This document shows, in pieces, positions 60,863 through 64,000 of a stretch of 64,000 bases of DNA. A program made the position numbers and the translations under genes. The notes beneath the pieces are model-generated. The model did not search any database. It had not been told where the DNA came from and saw only the letters and a program-made list of their open reading frames with translations. This DNA comes from a bacterium (GTDB lineage Bacteria > UBA8248): contig CBDBZU010000004.1 in assembly GCA_965213625.1 (NCBI GenBank), positions 832,001-896,000 on the forward strand. Direction: 5' to 3'. Within the stretch, counting starts at the first letter, position 1, and each line of letters opens with the position of its first letter.

Positions 60863-60924
60863 CGATTTTCCCTCACTGGTTGTGAATTTGATATCCAGGG
60901 GACTGACAGACAAGGGACGAGAAA

Positions 60925-61320
60925 GTGGGTTTTCACCGCTGGGCAGAAATTCCAGAAACTCAAAATCTTCGGAAGGGAACCATGCGCCGAGCAGCTGCGT
61001 TGGATGGGTTGACGATGCAGCGTGGCGAAATAGCTCCCGACACGCTATTCGATGAGAGCACGATTCATCGCCACACCGAAGATCAGTTTATCGTTGTTCT
61101 GGAGGGTAAACTAAAAATGCACATCGATGGGGTTGAGGAGTGGATCGAGACTGGTGGTTTCGCCTCCATCCCGGGCGGTGTGTTCCATAGCGCAACTGGC
61201 GTGGGGCCAGAGGGCGCGAAATACATTGAAGTATTGTCCTCGGGACGCATCGACTACTTACCCGGTTATCTAGGTAAGCCGAAAAACGAATTCTTGCATG
61301 GGAAGAAAGACAGCTCATGA
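60925..61320 (+). CDS. Cupin-domain protein
   Basis: HRHTEDQ..VLEG, IPGGVFHS. Confidence 0.82.
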   Translation: MGFHRWAEIPETQNLRKGTMRRAAALDGLTMQRGEIAPDTLFDESTIHRHTEDQFIVVLEGKLKMHIDGVEEWIETGGFASIPGGVFHSATGVGPEGAKYIEVLSSGRIDYLPGYLGKPKNEFLHGKKDSS

Positions 61321-61721
61321 TGACAAAAGAGGCGAAAAGAATCTTTGTCGTTTGCTCTGATTTGATGTTCTCCGCCGGCATAAGGGAAGCGGGAAAATCC
61401 CAGGGAGTCGCATTGGAGTTTATCGATTCAGTGGAGAAATTTGACGAGGCTCTCGAAAGTTCTTGCGCCGCACTTTTTTTGTCCGATTTGCATCACCATA
61501 AACTAGGTGGCGAAAGAGCGGGTAAGCTCGTCAAAAAGCTTAAAGCCAGTCAAAAAAACAAAGACGCGTTCACAATCGCTTGGGGCAAGCATACCGAGCC
61601 GGAACTACTCAAATCGGCGATGCGAGCGGGTTTTGACAAGGTGGTGCCCCGATCTTTGTTTGTGAAAGAAATGCCAGAAATCATTCGACAAGCGGCAAGT
61701 CGAATTCAAATGAGCGAATGA
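61317..61721 (+). CDS. Atypical receiver-like (CheY-fold) protein
   Basis: DLMFS, LSDL, AWG.H, A.RAGFDKVVPRS.F. Confidence 0.55.
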   Translation: MMTKEAKRIFVVCSDLMFSAGIREAGKSQGVALEFIDSVEKFDEALESSCAALFLSDLHHHKLGGERAGKLVKKLKASQKNKDAFTIAWGKHTEPELLKSAMRAGFDKVVPRSLFVKEMPEIIRQAASRIQMSE

Positions 61722-62041
61722 CCTCCCTTCGGAAAGATAAGAGACTCAACCCCGAATCATACGATGGTTCCCTCATCTGGTGGTTGCATGTGCCAACGTC
61801 ACGGCAAAATTACTTGCAAGCGATATTGGAAGGTTATGACGATTTAGGCTACTACCAAACTTTTCATGCTTGCGCCGAGAAAAACGAACATGGTGAACCC
61901 ATGTCTCTCGCACGGCTGACTTCAACCATAGACGCGGAAGTCGAGACAAAGATGCTTCTCGGGGCACTCTCTCATGAAATCAATCTCAAAATCCTGGATT
62001 GTGCGCCTTCGTTCAAACCTTCAGAACAACCTAGAGTATAA
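61718..62041 (+). CDS. Hypothetical protein (DUF4911-like)
   Basis: YLQAILEGYDDLG..T motif; translationally coupled to the upstream gene. Confidence 0.5.
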   Translation: MTSLRKDKRLNPESYDGSLIWWLHVPTSRQNYLQAILEGYDDLGYYQTFHACAEKNEHGEPMSLARLTSTIDAEVETKMLLGALSHEINLKILDCAPSFKPSEQPRV

Positions 62042-62051
62042 AGGCATCCCG

Positions 62052-62879
62052 ATGACGCGGTGTTTGCTCTCGCGGTTATTCCTGTTTGTGTTATTCGTTT
62101 TGGGATTTTGGACCCACTCTCCTGCTCTGGATCGCCTGAAACTTGCGACTACGACGAGTACAGAGAATTCTGGTTTACTCAAGCAATTACACCCGGTATT
62201 TGAACAAAGATATGGTGTTTCCGTACACACCATATCTGTAGGTACGGGGAAGGCGTTACGCTTGGGGCAAAATGGCGATGTGGACATTGTGCTCGTCCAT
62301 GCGAAAAAATCGGAAGATTTGTTCATGGCAAGGGGCTACGGTGCTCATAGAAGAGCCGTCATGTATAACGATTTTGTAATTGTAGGCCCGGCATCGGATC
62401 CAGCCGGGGTATTCATGACATTCAATGTGTCCACGGCATTGCTCCAGATAAAGAATTCGAAAAGCCTTTGGTTCAGTAGGGGAGATGATTCCGGAACACA
62501 CAAGAAGGAAATGGAACTCTGGAGAGGCGCCGGTGTCGGCGTGTTTGGTTCCTGGTATCGCGCTTTGGGCCAAGGGATGGGCAGAACGCTGATGGCTGCG
62601 GATGAGAAAAGCGGATACACGCTTACGGACAGAGGCACATATATCGCTCTCGTTGCGAACGGAAAGGTTTCTCTCAAGATTCAAGGGCCGAGAGGAGAAC
62701 GATTGCATAATCCTTATAGCGTGATTGCCGTGAACCCAAAACGTCATCCGCACGTGAAATTCGATTTGGCGGTGAAATATATCGATTATCTAACTTCCAG
62801 CGAAGGGCAAGGCATCATCCGTGATTTTCGGCTCTTGGGAAAGCAGCTCTTTTATCCAAACGCGAAAAATCCCCGTTGA
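62052..62879 (+). CDS. tupA: Tungstate ABC transporter substrate-binding protein
   Basis: ATTTSTENSGLL, VGTGKAL, MYNDF, SRGDDSGTH, NPYS. Confidence 0.92.
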   Translation: MTRCLLSRLFLFVLFVLGFWTHSPALDRLKLATTTSTENSGLLKQLHPVFEQRYGVSVHTISVGTGKALRLGQNGDVDIVLVHAKKSEDLFMARGYGAHRRAVMYNDFVIVGPASDPAGVFMTFNVSTALLQIKNSKSLWFSRGDDSGTHKKEMELWRGAGVGVFGSWYRALGQGMGRTLMAADEKSGYTLTDRGTYIALVANGKVSLKIQGPRGERLHNPYSVIAVNPKRHPHVKFDLAVKYIDYLTSSEGQGIIRDFRLLGKQLFYPNAKNPR

Positions 62880-62900
62880 TGGGTTTGGAGGACAAGCGTA

Positions 62901-63587
62901 TTGGAATATTTGCTAGATGGGTTTGCCGATGGACTGATGCGTATACTTCGGGCGGATCCCCAAGTCATGCTCGCCGCTTGGGTGACTATTAAGGTAGGTA
63001 TTTGGGCTACGATACTAGCGTCTCTCATTGGCTTGCCGGTTGGGTTTTTGCTGGCGATGGGCCGCTTTAGAGGACGCGGGTTCGCTATCACACTGCTCCA
63101 GACATCGCTGGGCTTGCCGACCGTCGTTATCGGGCTGCTCGCATATGGTTTTCTCTCCAGGCGAGGTCCTTTGGGATTCGCCGACTTGTTGTTTACCCCC
63201 TCGGCCATAGTTGTTGGATTGGTTGTCCTGGCGGTTCCACTCGTGGCGGTATTCTCTATGACGTCTGTCGCATCTGTGGATGAAAGGGTACGGGAAACAG
63301 CGCTTACATTGGGAGCGTCGAATGGGCTTGCGGCATGGACGGTGCTGCGTGAAGCCCGCTTCGGGATGATGGCGGCGGTGTTGGCGGCATTCGGCCGTGT
63401 ATCTTCGGAAGTGGGAATCGCTATGATGCTCGGAGGGAATATAGAAGGATATACACGAACCTTGACCACAGCCATTGCGCTTGAAAGCATGAAAGGAGAA
63501 TTTGGTTTCGGGATCGCATTGGGCGCTGTACTCTTGGCGATCATTTTCGTGACGAATTTACTTTCTCGCTACATTCAAAGGTCCTGA
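62901..63587 (+). CDS. tupB: Tungstate ABC transporter permease
   Basis: GLPTVVIGL, GPLG, FGR..SEVG..MMLGGNI...TRTLTTAI. Confidence 0.92.
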   Translation: MEYLLDGFADGLMRILRADPQVMLAAWVTIKVGIWATILASLIGLPVGFLLAMGRFRGRGFAITLLQTSLGLPTVVIGLLAYGFLSRRGPLGFADLLFTPSAIVVGLVVLAVPLVAVFSMTSVASVDERVRETALTLGASNGLAAWTVLREARFGMMAAVLAAFGRVSSEVGIAMMLGGNIEGYTRTLTTAIALESMKGEFGFGIALGAVLLAIIFVTNLLSRYIQRS

Positions 63588-63588
63588 T

Positions 63589-64000
63589 ATGGAAGTTTTT
63601 TTTCTGGAAAATGTAAAATTTCGCTTTGAGACCGATTTGGTCCTGGACATCGAGAAGGTAACGGTCTCGTCCGGTGAAGTGGTGTTGCTTACCGGAGCGA
63701 ATGGTTCCGGGAAAACAACGCTTTTGCGCGTAATGGCGGGATTGCTTACTCCTGAGGATGGCATCATCCAATATAAAAGTGAACCCATTATTTTCGGCAA
63801 GGCAGGACTAGAGCACAGGAGAAGGGTCACACTTCTTGCACAGGAGCCATATCTTTTTCGTGGAAACGTGCTGTTGAACGTTTCTTATGGTCCCCGTGCG
63901 CGTGGGATGAGCACATCGCAAGCGAAGAAAAATGCTGAAGAAGCCATTCTCAAAACACGATGCAATGATTTAATTCATCGAGATGCTGCAAAACTCTCGG
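63589..64000 (+). CDS. tupC: Tungstate ABC transporter ATP-binding protein (truncated by window end)
   Basis: MEVFFLENV..GANGSGKTTLLR..QEPYLF..LS, downstream of tupB. Confidence 0.85.
   Translation, partial: MEVFFLENVKFRFETDLVLDIEKVTVSSGEVVLLTGANGSGKTTLLRVMAGLLTPEDGIIQYKSEPIIFGKAGLEHRRRVTLLAQEPYLFRGNVLLNVSYGPRARGMSTSQAKKNAEEAILKTRCNDLIHRDAAKLS

Overview
Bacterial chromosomal window with two compositionally different halves. The left half (about 1-29 kb) is GC-rich. It holds housekeeping genes (proA, rimK-like ligase, hemW, rqcH, yicC-gmk-coaBC-udg, pyrF-like, rarA), a tripartite tricarboxylate transporter, a GAF-type sigma54 activator, and two duplicated sigma54-promoter/66-aa microprotein cassettes. 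It also holds three copies of an IS1182-family element; the two complete 1,522-bp copies sit in the TCAA loop of a palindromic repeat, among at least four families of REP-like palindromes. The right half (about 29-64 kb) is lower in GC, shows no such repeats, and is mostly catabolic. Its most notable content is a likely selenium-dependent locus that the ORF track breaks. Four tandem paralogues of an uncharacterised ~340-aa family lie near an orphan xanthine-dehydrogenase-family Mo subunit and a 176-aa UGSC-type protein. That protein has an in-frame TGA in a GrdB/PrdB-like U-x-x-C-x-x-C motif, followed by a SECIS-like hairpin. Downstream are two crotonases, an atypical acyl-CoA dehydrogenase, an O6-alkylguanine transferase whose catalytic Cys codon is TGA (P-U-H-R, also with a hairpin), and a thiol-dioxygenase-like cupin. 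Further right are a doubly frameshifted FAD oxidoreductase, two MATE transporters, MscS, nadA/nadC, an MmgE/PrpD protein and tupABC. No rRNA, tRNA or CRISPR array was seen. All family calls come from motif recognition by eye; no database search was run.
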